DNA of 64,000 bases, taken from assembly GCA_964558645.1 (NCBI GenBank), contig CAZLEV010000002.1, positions 1 through 64,000 of the forward strand, written 5' to 3'. Below the pieces are notes generated by a model. The model was not told the origin of the DNA, made no database searches, and was given only the letters and a program-made list of their open reading frames with translations. The stretch's first letter is position 1. Every line of letters begins with the position of its first letter. This document shows, one piece after another, positions 49,325-58,934 of the stretch. The position numbers and the translations under genes were made by a program. Source of the DNA: an uncultured archaeon. Lineage in GTDB: Archaea > Asgardarchaeota > Thorarchaeia > Thorarchaeales > Thorarchaeaceae.

Positions 49325-50887
49325 TTGAAGGTAGGCAGCTCCCACAGAAGATGCAGAGTTTGTGAGAGGAACACAGCGACTCACATGTGCGAAGACTGCG
49401 GCGAGAACTTCTGTCTGGATTGTCTTGAGAGTAAGACCACAGAGTACTATGTCTGCTCGGAGTGCCATCACACTCTAGGAACTCCAGAAGCCGGGGAGCC
49501 CTTCGAGAAGTGTCCCGAATGCGAGTGTGAAGAACTGAGCACTGGAAAAAGGATAGAGGAAATCTGTCCCCGATGTCACTCCTCTAGGATAGTCTCTATA
49601 GATGACAAGAGAAGGAACCTTGGAAAGAAGCTACGAGAGTCCATCATGACACTCCAGTACGGTCATCTCAAGCTGAGGGAGTTCAACAGCAAGCTCACTG
49701 CTTCGAAGAGACTACTGGTTTCCTTGAGGATGGCCAATTTCCTGCATTATCACTGGATTGAAGACAACATCGAGGGAATCCAAGATGAAGCATTGGCCGT
49801 GAAGAAGAGAGTTGTCAACCAAGCAGATATGGTCGGGCGTCAGATGGCTGCCGAGACCAAGGGAATAATCGACCCCAGCACCTGGACTCCCGATCAGTTT
49901 CCATTTATCGAGGGTGTTGCAAACCGAATTGGAGAACTGGGAGAGCATTTCAAGTCTGGTGTTGATGATGCGTTGGATGACTGCGTTGTTCGACTAAACG
50001 AAACGACAACCCAGCTTGAGGGACTTGACTACTATCGGAAGGAATTTGCGGGGTTCTACGAACATGCCGAACTGTCTGTCAATGAGCTTCCTGTCTGCGC
50101 ATTGCCCGAGATTCGAGTTACAGGTAGCGATTTCCTAAAGCATGACAAGGCAACGGGAACACTCTATATAACAAACAAGAGAATTGTGTTCATAGCCGAG
50201 GTGGGAACATTTCGAAAGAAGATGGAAGTCCTCTTCGATTTTCCCCTTGTCTATCTCAACTCCATGGAGGAGGACGGGAGAATCAGAAAGCGTCTGGTTC
50301 TCAAGATGAAACAGGGAGACCTAAAGATATCCTGTGACGAACAGACCGAAGAGGTCCTTCCAGACTATCTCGAGATAGCAAAGAAGTTCGACAGATACAT
50401 GCAGACAGATATGCAGCGGGTAAGGCGCATTGAACAGTCGAGTTTCAACATCAGTGATGTGCGTCTCAAGATAGAGGAACTTGTGTATTCACTCTTGTCT
50501 TCAAGCACTCGGAAACGTGCAGAAGATCTCACTATGAACGAGAGATGCCAAGACAGGTATCACTATCAGAAGCGTCCTGCAGCAGGCTATGGAACCATGA
50601 ATGGGTATGGGTCTCAGCATTTCACCGACCACCTTGAAGACGTTCTCTCTCGTGCATCTCTTGGACATGGAGAGCGACGCGGAGATATTGATCCGCAGGT
50701 ACAACGGCTCAAAAGAGATGCCAGAGACTTGCAGCAAGCAGTTTCACGAACCGTAGACCTATTCAGGAATCGAAGGCTTGTCTCTGAAGATTTTGTGAGA
50801 AGATACAGGAGCCTAATGCTCGACTCCTACAGAACGCGGAAAGAAATAGATGAGGTCATGAAACAGAGATCTGATTCTCTCTGGTGA
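49325..50887 (+). CDS. ESCRT-associated multidomain protein: B-box/Zn fingers, coiled coil, PH/GRAM-like domain, Vps23-type steadiness box
   Basis: Multiple CxxC; GTLYITNKRIVF; C-terminal VDLFRNRRLVSEDFVRRYRSL. Confidence 0.65.
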   Translation: MKVGSSHRRCRVCERNTATHMCEDCGENFCLDCLESKTTEYYVCSECHHTLGTPEAGEPFEKCPECECEELSTGKRIEEICPRCHSSRIVSIDDKRRNLGKKLRESIMTLQYGHLKLREFNSKLTASKRLLVSLRMANFLHYHWIEDNIEGIQDEALAVKKRVVNQADMVGRQMAAETKGIIDPSTWTPDQFPFIEGVANRIGELGEHFKSGVDDALDDCVVRLNETTTQLEGLDYYRKEFAGFYEHAELSVNELPVCALPEIRVTGSDFLKHDKATGTLYITNKRIVFIAEVGTFRKKMEVLFDFPLVYLNSMEEDGRIRKRLVLKMKQGDLKISCDEQTEEVLPDYLEIAKKFDRYMQTDMQRVRRIEQSSFNISDVRLKIEELVYSLLSSSTRKRAEDLTMNERCQDRYHYQKRPAAGYGTMNGYGSQHFTDHLEDVLSRASLGHGERRGDIDPQVQRLKRDARDLQQAVSRTVDLFRNRRLVSEDFVRRYRSLMLDSYRTRKEIDEVMKQRSDSLW

Positions 50888-50888
50888 G

Positions 50889-51503
50889 CTAGACACCTAG
50901 CTCTTGCTCCAGTGATTTGATCTCAGCCTCTAATTCTTCGGATTCTGTCATAGGGGCTTTCTTCGCCTGAGATGTAGCTGCGCCAGCTTCTGCATCTATC
51001 TCAGCCATGGCCGCCGCGAGCTCTTCTGAAGTGACTTCACCAATCTCAGTCGTGTCGAGGGCTTCTGTCGATATACTGGACTCTATCTCAAACTGCTCCA
51101 ACCGACGACCAATCTCATCCACATTTTCCACGACCTTCAGTGTGTCCGTGGTATCACCTAGAAGCCCCAGAATGTCAGCGACTTTCTCTAGTGCAACATT
51201 AGCCTTGGCCGTGGTCTGCGCTCGAGTGATATAGGCCAATATCTTTAGGATTTGAAGACGGGACTTGTCTACAGAGAGAGCAAACCGTCGGAACCGGACC
51301 ATCTCAGTAGCGTAGGTCTTGTACGCATCTGCCCTGCCCTCCTTCCTGGCACGCACAGCTCGAGCCCTGGTATCACGAGCTTCTTTCTCGAGTTTGTTGC
51401 GTTCTCGCGCCAGCTGTTTTGACAAAACTCGAAGCTGGCTTGAAACTTCACCGACATCTGGGCGTTTTTTGCCCCATCTGAAAGCCTTTCGAATTGGACC
51501 CAA
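50889..51503 (-). CDS. ESCRT-III protein, Vps2/24/46-like
   Basis: Basic N-terminal coiled coil (ARKEG..AYKTYATEMVR), acidic C-terminus with MIM1-like ELEAEIKSL. Confidence 0.85.
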   Translation of the reverse strand: MGPIRKAFRWGKKRPDVGEVSSQLRVLSKQLARERNKLEKEARDTRARAVRARKEGRADAYKTYATEMVRFRRFALSVDKSRLQILKILAYITRAQTTAKANVALEKVADILGLLGDTTDTLKVVENVDEIGRRLEQFEIESSISTEALDTTEIGEVTSEELAAAMAEIDAEAGAATSQAKKAPMTESEELEAEIKSLEQELGV

Positions 51504-51663
51504 GAGTTACTCCCTCGTCAATCTTATTGCCGTACATAGATGCAAGGAATGAAGACCGTTTAAACCTTCGTAGAACGAGTGACCAGTTCGATATATGAGG
51601 CAGACGGTAACTGGGAAATACTGAAGTTCTTAACGGAAGACATCTAATCGCGAGTGAGGTTCA

Positions 51664-52872
51664 ATGGTGGATAGAATAGATCAGGGTCTCAAGGCACTAC
51701 TTGACAAGGCAATAGACCTGGACAAGAGAGGTATGGGAAAAGAGGCTTGCCAGTATTATCTGAAGGCTAGCAAAGTGCTGATCAAACTGTCAAACTCGGC
51801 GGCATTGCCCTCTATCAGGAAACACTATCTCAAAAGAGCGCAAGAGTGTGTTGACAGGGTCCGGTATCTCTCCGGCATCAAGAAGAAGTCAGGACCTGTC
51901 CATGGACTCGAAGTACCACCCGAACCCCTTGAGAGAGAAGAGCCAGTTCCTGCTCAAGCCTCTACCGAAGAGAAGGAGATTGACGAGGATACCGTCAGGC
52001 TGCGAGATATGATAGAAGATACAATAGTTTCGGAGCGCCCAGATGTTAGAATGTCAGAGGTCGCAGATCTCGAGGATGCAAAACAGGCAATTGATGACGC
52101 GATTCTTGCGCCCATGAAACATCCCGAGCTGTTCCGTGGAAAGGCGAGACAGCCTTGGAGAGGTATCTTGCTTTATGGTCCTGCGGGATGTGGTAAAACA
52201 CTCATAGCAAAGGCCGTGGCCTCAGAGATTGACGCGACATTCTTCAATGTGTCAGCCGCCAATATAGTAAGCAAATGGCTTGGCGAATCAGAACGATTGG
52301 TAATGACTCTCTTCGAACTGGCACGTAAGAATCCACCCGCAATAATATTCATCGACGAGCTCGATTCTATAGGAGTTTCCAGATCAGGCGAGGATGTTGG
52401 AGGTGAAAGGCGTCTGAAGACGCAGCTGCTGACCGAGTTGCAGGGGCTCGGTAGTCGCGAGGATGAGAGAATCACGGTAATCGGAGCCACAAACCTTCCT
52501 TGGGAGCTCGACTTTGCTCTGCGGTCCAGATTTGAGAAAAGAATCCATGTGCCGTTGCCGGGTCGCGATGCTAGAAAGAAGATCTTTGCCACTCATATGG
52601 AGGAGATAGAGATGGCCCCCAGCGTAGACTTCGCGGAGTTGGCCGATCTGACAGAGGGATACAGCGGACGGGACATCAGTGTTGTGTGTCGAGAGGCGGC
52701 AATGGAACCGATTCGAGAACTCCAAACAAGTGGACGGTTGGATGAGGATGCGGAAATATTCGACCTGAGACCTGTTGAACGTTATGACTTCTTATCAGCT
52801 ATAGAAAACATCAGACCTGCAACATCGCCCGAAGATGTCAAGCGGTATATAGACTGGGCGGAGGGCTCATAG
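51664..52872 (+). CDS. vps4: Vps4 AAA+ ATPase with MIT domain
   Basis: MIT (AIDLD..G..EACQYY), PWRGILLYGPAGCGKT, SKWLGESE, DELD, SRFEKRI. Confidence 0.93.
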   Translation: MVDRIDQGLKALLDKAIDLDKRGMGKEACQYYLKASKVLIKLSNSAALPSIRKHYLKRAQECVDRVRYLSGIKKKSGPVHGLEVPPEPLEREEPVPAQASTEEKEIDEDTVRLRDMIEDTIVSERPDVRMSEVADLEDAKQAIDDAILAPMKHPELFRGKARQPWRGILLYGPAGCGKTLIAKAVASEIDATFFNVSAANIVSKWLGESERLVMTLFELARKNPPAIIFIDELDSIGVSRSGEDVGGERRLKTQLLTELQGLGSREDERITVIGATNLPWELDFALRSRFEKRIHVPLPGRDARKKIFATHMEEIEMAPSVDFAELADLTEGYSGRDISVVCREAAMEPIRELQTSGRLDEDAEIFDLRPVERYDFLSAIENIRPATSPEDVKRYIDWAEGS

Positions 52873-52875
52873 CTG

Positions 52876-53580
52876 ATGAATGTTCGTGAGAGGTCAAAAG
52901 AGAAGAAGAAGACCGTCGAGAAGAAGCGTGAGTCGGAAGAAGAGTCAGAAGAGCAAATTGTGATCAAGACTCCCACGGATCAACAAATACCCGAAGTCAG
53001 TGTCAGAGAGGCTGTGACCGTCACAGAGTCCGAAGAACAGGCTGCTGTACCGCAGGAGCCTGCAAGTGAAGTCGAGGATATCTTGCCGCAGTGGGGGCAT
53101 GCTGAAGACTCGGAGTGGATGTACCAAGTTCCAGATTACGAGGAGGGTAGACAACTCTGGGCAAGAGATTGGACAGACTTCATACTCACATGGATGGAGA
53201 ACCAGAAACTTCATGTCATATCGATCACGACTTTCATAACCGAGAGTCCATTTAGCGAGATTGTTGGCAAGGCGGATGCGTTTGAGATTCTTGGAGATAC
53301 CCTTGTAGAAAAGAACATAGCACAATGGATTGGAGATGAGAAGCGTCAGCTTCGAGTCTACTGGCGGCCTTTGGAGGACTGGGCGGATCATGTCTACCGA
53401 TGGGCACTCGAAACAGGCTTGATGCGTCTCGATGTGAAGTCGATCGTCATCCAACAGGGTAGAGAAGGTTTCGGACGCCTCCCGGAGGGCGACCTTCGCC
53501 GTATCATGGAACTGCTTGTAGAACGCGGCTATGCAAGATGGGTGGACAAGGAGCGCGGCGCTGTTGTGCTGGTTGTATGA
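52876..53580 (+). CDS. vps25: ESCRT-II Vps25-like protein with acidic N-terminal extension
   Basis: W.D.IL and VYWRPLEDWAD.VYRW match the Vps25 pattern; adjacent to vps4. Confidence 0.82.
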   Translation: MNVRERSKEKKKTVEKKRESEEESEEQIVIKTPTDQQIPEVSVREAVTVTESEEQAAVPQEPASEVEDILPQWGHAEDSEWMYQVPDYEEGRQLWARDWTDFILTWMENQKLHVISITTFITESPFSEIVGKADAFEILGDTLVEKNIAQWIGDEKRQLRVYWRPLEDWADHVYRWALETGLMRLDVKSIVIQQGREGFGRLPEGDLRRIMELLVERGYARWVDKERGAVVLVV

Positions 53581-53584
53581 CACG

Positions 53585-54343
53585 CTAGCGATTATGCTTG
53601 CCGTTCGAGTCGACATCTGTCCTTGATCTTAGGCCCGGGAAGTAGTATCTTCCCCCCGTGCTAAATCGGATGTCGGCCACAGCCATGCCAGCCTCCACAA
53701 GACTGGAGAGGACAGTTCGAGCGTGATCTTCAGACCATTTCAACTTCATGATTACCTCCTCAATAGAGACAAATCCTTTGGACGCTGCGAGATTAATCAC
53801 ATCAGCCTGGTCTTGCCGTAGTTCCAAAGGCCTCAATTCGACAACTTTGACGCCTCCGCTCAGTGTTCGAATCCCTGGGATGAGACCGTGCTCTGCAACT
53901 CGATTCACAGCCTCGATCACATCGTTATAGCTGACGGATTTGAGTTCGGGGGTTCGTCGTACAACGTCGACAATCAGCTCTGCCAGCCCCATAAGACCCT
54001 TTGATGCGTTCTCAGTTGCAACGTCAAGCACCGCCAGACCAATGTAGTCATAGTATTCATCCGATGTCATCCCCTGCATGGAAGCAGCAGACTGTTGTGG
54101 TAGAATTCGAAGCAGTCCTGCGGCTTCGGGGAAGCGGGAAACAATGCCCTCACTCTCAAAGAATCCGGTTACATCTCTACCCATCCGACGCATTCTATCA
54201 AGATTCTCTCGGATGTCCATGACAAGAGCCTCTGATTCGCGCTCGTAGGAACGAACATCCACTGCACCCATGTCGAACATCTTCTTGAACTGATCCAGCG
54301 TGGCTATCGACGCGTAGAGCTCAGATTCAACACGATCATCCAT
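53585..54343 (-). CDS. Vps28-N-like domain fused to a Vps22/Vps36 (EAP30) winged-helix domain
   Basis: SELYASIATLDQFKKMFDMG..YER N-terminus; YY..IG..VL, P.EL..DQ..V, WS..A..VL..LV..G, YYFPGL. Confidence 0.75.
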   Translation of the reverse strand: MDDRVESELYASIATLDQFKKMFDMGAVDVRSYERESEALVMDIRENLDRMRRMGRDVTGFFESEGIVSRFPEAAGLLRILPQQSAASMQGMTSDEYYDYIGLAVLDVATENASKGLMGLAELIVDVVRRTPELKSVSYNDVIEAVNRVAEHGLIPGIRTLSGGVKVVELRPLELRQDQADVINLAASKGFVSIEEVIMKLKWSEDHARTVLSSLVEAGMAVADIRFSTGGRYYFPGLRSRTDVDSNGKHNR

Positions 54344-54518
54344 CTCTATTGCTACCTCGCGTTTATACGGTCGACTCTGTACTGGAGTGAGTTGGAAGCA
54401 GCCTCCTTTAAGAGGGAGTATTATTGAGCACCGACTCAAGCACACGCTTCGCGATAGCACAAAGAACATATGTGCAAAACATATCGGAAGGACACGAAAT
54501 CCTGGAGAGGTTGAAGAA

Positions 54519-54683
54519 ATGTCACTACATTGCCATGATATGAAAAAAGGACAAGTCTATGCATGCGAGACCTGTGGCCTTGAAATCAAGATCCTCAGCG
54601 AGTGTACGGAGTGCTGCAACGACGAGGACCAGTGCGGCTGCAGTTTCACCTGTTGCGGTGATGACTTGACGCTGAAGGAATAG
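54519..54683 (+). CDS. Small Cys-rich metal-binding protein, desulforedoxin-like
   Basis: GQVYACETCGLEI...CCG; 10 Cys in 54 aa; GAGG upstream. Confidence 0.75.
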   Translation: MSLHCHDMKKGQVYACETCGLEIKILSECTECCNDEDQCGCSFTCCGDDLTLKE

Positions 54684-54808
54684 AACCGATATCCTTCATC
54701 TGAAATAGGCCGTGGGCCAAAGCCTCGGCCATAACTTTTTTCGCTCCGACTATTGGTGTGTTCATCCCAAGTCCCAAGTTGGAGATTGTGTACAGCAAGT
54801 GCAGCATT

Positions 54809-55504
54809 ATGGCGAAAGGTACCTCGAGTCCGCATATTGGAACGCTAAAAGAGCGCTCACTCCATGCTGGATTGAAGGAATGGTACAAAGAACCGGGCGA
54901 TTGTTTTGAGGCTGAGGTAGATGGATACGTAATTGATATCGCCCGAGAGAATCTGTTGGTAGAGATACAGACCACAGGTTTCTCAGTAATCAAAGCGAAA
55001 CTCCGGGATCTTCTCACCAGACACAATGTGCGTCTCGTCTATCCAGTGATATCAGAGAAGTATATAGTGAAAGAAACGCCTGATGGATCAGAAGTGATCG
55101 AGAAACGTCTCTCACCCAAGAAGGAGAGTTTCCACGACGTCTTCTATGAGATGGTTTACCTTCCGAGACTCATCGAACATCCTCGTTTCAGTATCGATGT
55201 CTTGCAGGTCAGGGCAGAGGAGACTCGCCGACGGGACGGACATGGTAGTTGGAGACGCAGAGGCTGGAGTATCGTTGATACTGAACTAGTGGAAGTAGTA
55301 GATAGGCAGTTGTTTGAGAGCCCATCAGATCTACTGAGGCTTATCCCACAAGACCTGACGAATCCGTTCACCAATGCTGAACTGGCAGAGCGAATCAAGC
55401 GGCCATCTGCTTTGGCAAGGAAGATGACGTATACTCTCAGGAAGATAGGAATCGTGAAGTTAGTGGGTAGACGCGGAAGAGCCCATCTCCATTCCATCAC
55501 CTAG
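54809..55504 (+). CDS. PD-(D/E)xK-like nuclease with C-terminal HTH
   Basis: E.SLH..LK..Y, E..VDGY.IDI, VEIQT. Confidence 0.7.
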   Translation: MAKGTSSPHIGTLKERSLHAGLKEWYKEPGDCFEAEVDGYVIDIARENLLVEIQTTGFSVIKAKLRDLLTRHNVRLVYPVISEKYIVKETPDGSEVIEKRLSPKKESFHDVFYEMVYLPRLIEHPRFSIDVLQVRAEETRRRDGHGSWRRRGWSIVDTELVEVVDRQLFESPSDLLRLIPQDLTNPFTNAELAERIKRPSALARKMTYTLRKIGIVKLVGRRGRAHLHSIT

Positions 55505-55600
55505 TTTCGGCAGAGGGGCCAAGACGGAAACTGAGCCGCCTTGACGATGGGTCTGATGCCGTGAGAAAGCCAATGGAGCCGCTCTTCGTTCGGCTGACCT

Positions 55601-56971
55601 CTATGGCATGAGCCGGTCCCGATCTCTCGGAAGAAGTGTTGCCTCTCGGATATTCTCAATACCCAGCAGCTGCATTGTTAGTCTCTCGAGGCCAAGGCCA
55701 AATCCTCCATGTGGAGGGGCACCGAATTTGAAGGGCTCGAGATAGAAGGTGAAATGGTCCGGATTGAACCCCTTGGCCTTGAAGCGTTCCACAAGTAAGT
55801 CATAGAGATGTATCCGTTGACCCCCTGTTGTGATCTCCATTCCCTTGTAGGTCAAATCGAAGCTCTCAGTCATGCCCTCATCCGTCATGCTGGGCATTGT
55901 ATAGGCGGGGCGTAGTTCCAGAGGATACTGTGTGATGAAGACCATGTTGGTACCGAATCTCTCCGGAAAGACTTCACCAAGAATCCTCTCACTCTCAGGA
56001 TCTAGATCGTCTTCAATGGATATCTCTTTCCCCTCATCCCGAAGGATATCGATTGCCTCCGAGTACTTGATTCGTTTGAAGGGAAGAGAGGGTACTTCCA
56101 GCTCTACCCCAAGAAGCTCCAGTTCAGTGGATGCGGTTTCAGCGGTCTTCTGGAAGGCATAGTGGAGCATCTTCTCTTCCACTTCCATGATGTCTTCTAC
56201 ACTGCTGATCCAGGCCATTTCCAAGTCGAATGATGTGTATTCGTTGACATGACGGCGTGTATTGTGCTTCTCTGCTCGGAAGACTGGCCCAATCTCAAAG
56301 ACCTTGCCAAAGCCAGCAAGGAGCATGAGCTGTTTGTAGAACTGTGGGCTCTGCGCCAGATAGGCAGGTCTGTCGAAGTACTTGATTTCGAAGAGGTTCG
56401 CACCACCCTCTGTAGACTCAGCCACTATCTTTGGTGTATGGATCTCCACAAATCCATCCCTCTCAAGGTATTCTCGGGAGAATCTTGCAAGACTGTGCTG
56501 CACTCTGAACACTGCATTGACGCGAGGTTTCCGTAGGTCAAGAATCCTATAGTTCAGCCTCGTGTCAAGGTCGATGTCCACTTTGTCCTCGACAACATCA
56601 ATTGGTAGCCGCTCCGATGTATTGATCACCTTGAGCGAACTAGGAATGATCTCTATGCCAGACTCTGTGTGCTTCGTTGCAACTACTTCCCCAATAACCT
56701 CGACAGCATACTCAGAGCCAAGACTGTCAGAGACCTCGAATACCTCAGAGGTGACTTTCTTCTTAGGTATGGTGACCTGGATCAGACCGCGTTCGTCTCT
56801 GAGGATGAGAAACTTGATTCCACCCTTATCACGGAGAATATGAACCCAGCCGAAGAGAACCACCGTTTCGCCCACATTGTCGGGACTCAGTTCGATGGTG
56901 TAGTGAGTCCTTTCGGCACTAATAGGTTGCACACCTGCATCTTCATAGAACTTCATTACTGCACCTCGCAT
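55601..56971 (-). CDS. aspS: Aspartate--tRNA ligase, archaeal type
   Basis: LAQSPQFYKQ, FRAE, GGQRIH, PPHGGFGLGLER, PRD..RL.P. Confidence 0.96.
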   Translation of the reverse strand: MRGAVMKFYEDAGVQPISAERTHYTIELSPDNVGETVVLFGWVHILRDKGGIKFLILRDERGLIQVTIPKKKVTSEVFEVSDSLGSEYAVEVIGEVVATKHTESGIEIIPSSLKVINTSERLPIDVVEDKVDIDLDTRLNYRILDLRKPRVNAVFRVQHSLARFSREYLERDGFVEIHTPKIVAESTEGGANLFEIKYFDRPAYLAQSPQFYKQLMLLAGFGKVFEIGPVFRAEKHNTRRHVNEYTSFDLEMAWISSVEDIMEVEEKMLHYAFQKTAETASTELELLGVELEVPSLPFKRIKYSEAIDILRDEGKEISIEDDLDPESERILGEVFPERFGTNMVFITQYPLELRPAYTMPSMTDEGMTESFDLTYKGMEITTGGQRIHLYDLLVERFKAKGFNPDHFTFYLEPFKFGAPPHGGFGLGLERLTMQLLGIENIREATLLPRDRDRLMP

Positions 56972-57048
56972 TGGGACTAGTCAAGTCGGGAGTTAACAGA
57001 TTATGAGGCTTTTGGCTCGTCGCTCGTACCTCAGACTTGGGTTGTGGG

Positions 57049-57282
57049 CTAGAAAGGCGTTTCCGTGAGCTCATATACTGTCATCCTTCCGTCTTCAGCA
57101 TGCCCCTCTTCCTTGACCAGACCCAGATCCTTCAGTCGGCTCAGGCCATAGTTGACCGTTCGAGGGGGCAAGTAGGTTGTGGTGATCAAGTCCTGCCGCG
57201 ACATGCGTCGCTCGCGCTTAAGCAGCACGTACAGGAATTTGGCGGAAGGAGGTAGTGACAAGAAAGAGCGACGGGCAAACAC
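57049..57282 (-). CDS. Small MarR-like winged-helix protein
   Basis: LPPSAK, LPPRTV.Y.L.RL..GLV, DGR..VY; GGAGGA before GTG. Confidence 0.8.
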   Translation of the reverse strand: MFARRSFLSLPPSAKFLYVLLKRERRMSRQDLITTTYLPPRTVNYGLSRLKDLGLVKEEGHAEDGRMTVYELTETPF

Positions 57283-57380
57283 GATTCCTCCATTGAACTG
57301 TTGCCATGTCTATAGTAGACCTCCTTAGTTATGTTGCAGATTACCTTACGTTTTTCCATTTAAGGATTGCTTCCTAGGAA

Positions 57381-58727
57381 CTAAGACGGCTTTCTGAACA
57401 CCAACACCCACTCGCCGTTCATTCTCTCTGGACGGGGAATCCTGATGAAATGTCTGATGAGGCCAGAGAAGAAGCGCTTCTCCAGCTCGAACCCCGCACG
57501 TCTAACCGCTATTTCGGAGAGGATATCTTGAGAGGGAATCTCATGACCACGGATGACATTGTTGCCGATTACGACGCAATAGTGCGCATCAGGCCTCAAG
57601 ACTCGACGCATCTCAAAGAATTGCTTCTCCATATCTTTGAAGAACTTGTATACGATATAGGATCGTCGGGGGTCAACTTCAAAGATAGCCTCGAGCAGTC
57701 GGTCAAGCGAATCCAGACCAGAAACACGGAGATTCTTGTAGTCCTCTTTGTAGACCGTTTCGGTCCCTATGTACTTCCGTTTCATCTGGGAGAGAGGACC
57801 GTCTGGAACCATGTCTAACCAGTACATCTCCAGCTGGTGGGTTCGCGGATAGTCTACCGCATTGATATAGGGTGGCGAGGTGACTGCAAGGTCGATAGAC
57901 CGGCTTTCCAAGCCCGTTTCCGTTGCTGTGCTTCGTGGCAGAGTCGGTGATGGGAGGGCAGCCTCACTGCAGAGTGTCCAGAATTCGCTCATTGTATCTA
58001 TCTGTGCCTCAAGGGCTTCAGAGAACTCTTGCAGCGCTTCTCCAGGACTCATGTTGCGTATTTTCTTCTTGCGAATAACGGTTCGCGTACAATGAGGATC
58101 GGCATTTGACACGCCACGAACGATTGAGGAGAATACTACTCGAAAGAAGTCGAACAGCCTGCCCTGCTCGTGTGTTTCAATCCCTCCAGCCCATAGGTCA
58201 CGATCTCTGATACACTCTAAGATAAGGCCCAGTTCCCGTAACACGTGAGACTGAAACCATGAATCACGATAGTGGAAATCCGGTATCGGTGGCCGATGTC
58301 CCGAAGCAAATCGCGCGTTCAATTCCTGGCTCAGGCGATCGGTTGCCAAGAAGAGCGTATCCGGGTTCAGAGCTGTTGTCTTGACGCGCGTGACGAGACG
58401 GGCAATCGGATCAATATCTATACCAATCCCTCTCCTCTGGCCAAGCATAGCCTCCAATACAACCGTTCCGCTGCCACACATGGGATCTAGTACTGAATCC
58501 ATCCGATGGGAATACTTCCTAATCAAATATCGAGGTAACTCGGGGAAGAACTTGGCAGGAAACTTATGGATGCCATGAGTCAGATACGACTGGTCATTAC
58601 TGATCACCAGAATGCGTGAACCATCAGGAATCTCGGTCTTCGGATCGATATCACCTTCAATCTCCAATAGACCATCATGTTCACTCGATGAGTCCTCTCC
58701 ACAGCACGAGTCCGACGATATATCCAA
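57381..58727 (-). CDS. Site-specific DNA methyltransferase (N4-C/N6-A class)
   Basis: HKFPAKF, LDPMCGSGT (motif I), TSPPY (motif IV). Confidence 0.9.
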   Translation of the reverse strand: MDISSDSCCGEDSSSEHDGLLEIEGDIDPKTEIPDGSRILVISNDQSYLTHGIHKFPAKFFPELPRYLIRKYSHRMDSVLDPMCGSGTVVLEAMLGQRRGIGIDIDPIARLVTRVKTTALNPDTLFLATDRLSQELNARFASGHRPPIPDFHYRDSWFQSHVLRELGLILECIRDRDLWAGGIETHEQGRLFDFFRVVFSSIVRGVSNADPHCTRTVIRKKKIRNMSPGEALQEFSEALEAQIDTMSEFWTLCSEAALPSPTLPRSTATETGLESRSIDLAVTSPPYINAVDYPRTHQLEMYWLDMVPDGPLSQMKRKYIGTETVYKEDYKNLRVSGLDSLDRLLEAIFEVDPRRSYIVYKFFKDMEKQFFEMRRVLRPDAHYCVVIGNNVIRGHEIPSQDILSEIAVRRAGFELEKRFFSGLIRHFIRIPRPERMNGEWVLVFRKPS

Positions 58728-58934
58728 TGAATGTCAAGCTCCGTGGTCGACAGAGGGCAAAGAACTGCACGCAGTTATTAATCTAGCCGCACTGTGGATG
58801 CGACCAAGGACTACGTCTTGAAGGACAATTCCTGCAAATACGGCAAACGTCGGAGTATGCATTCAAAAGAATGCATTATAGTTATATTCTCTTACTCCCT
58901 CAACAGACTTGCTCTCAAGAACGGAGTGAATGTA

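Noticed and set aside
25786-53616. Long antisense ORFs such as 25786..26412, 39991..40620, 44304..44939 and 52945..53616
   Set aside because: They overlap well-supported genes on the opposite strand and show no recognisable motifs.
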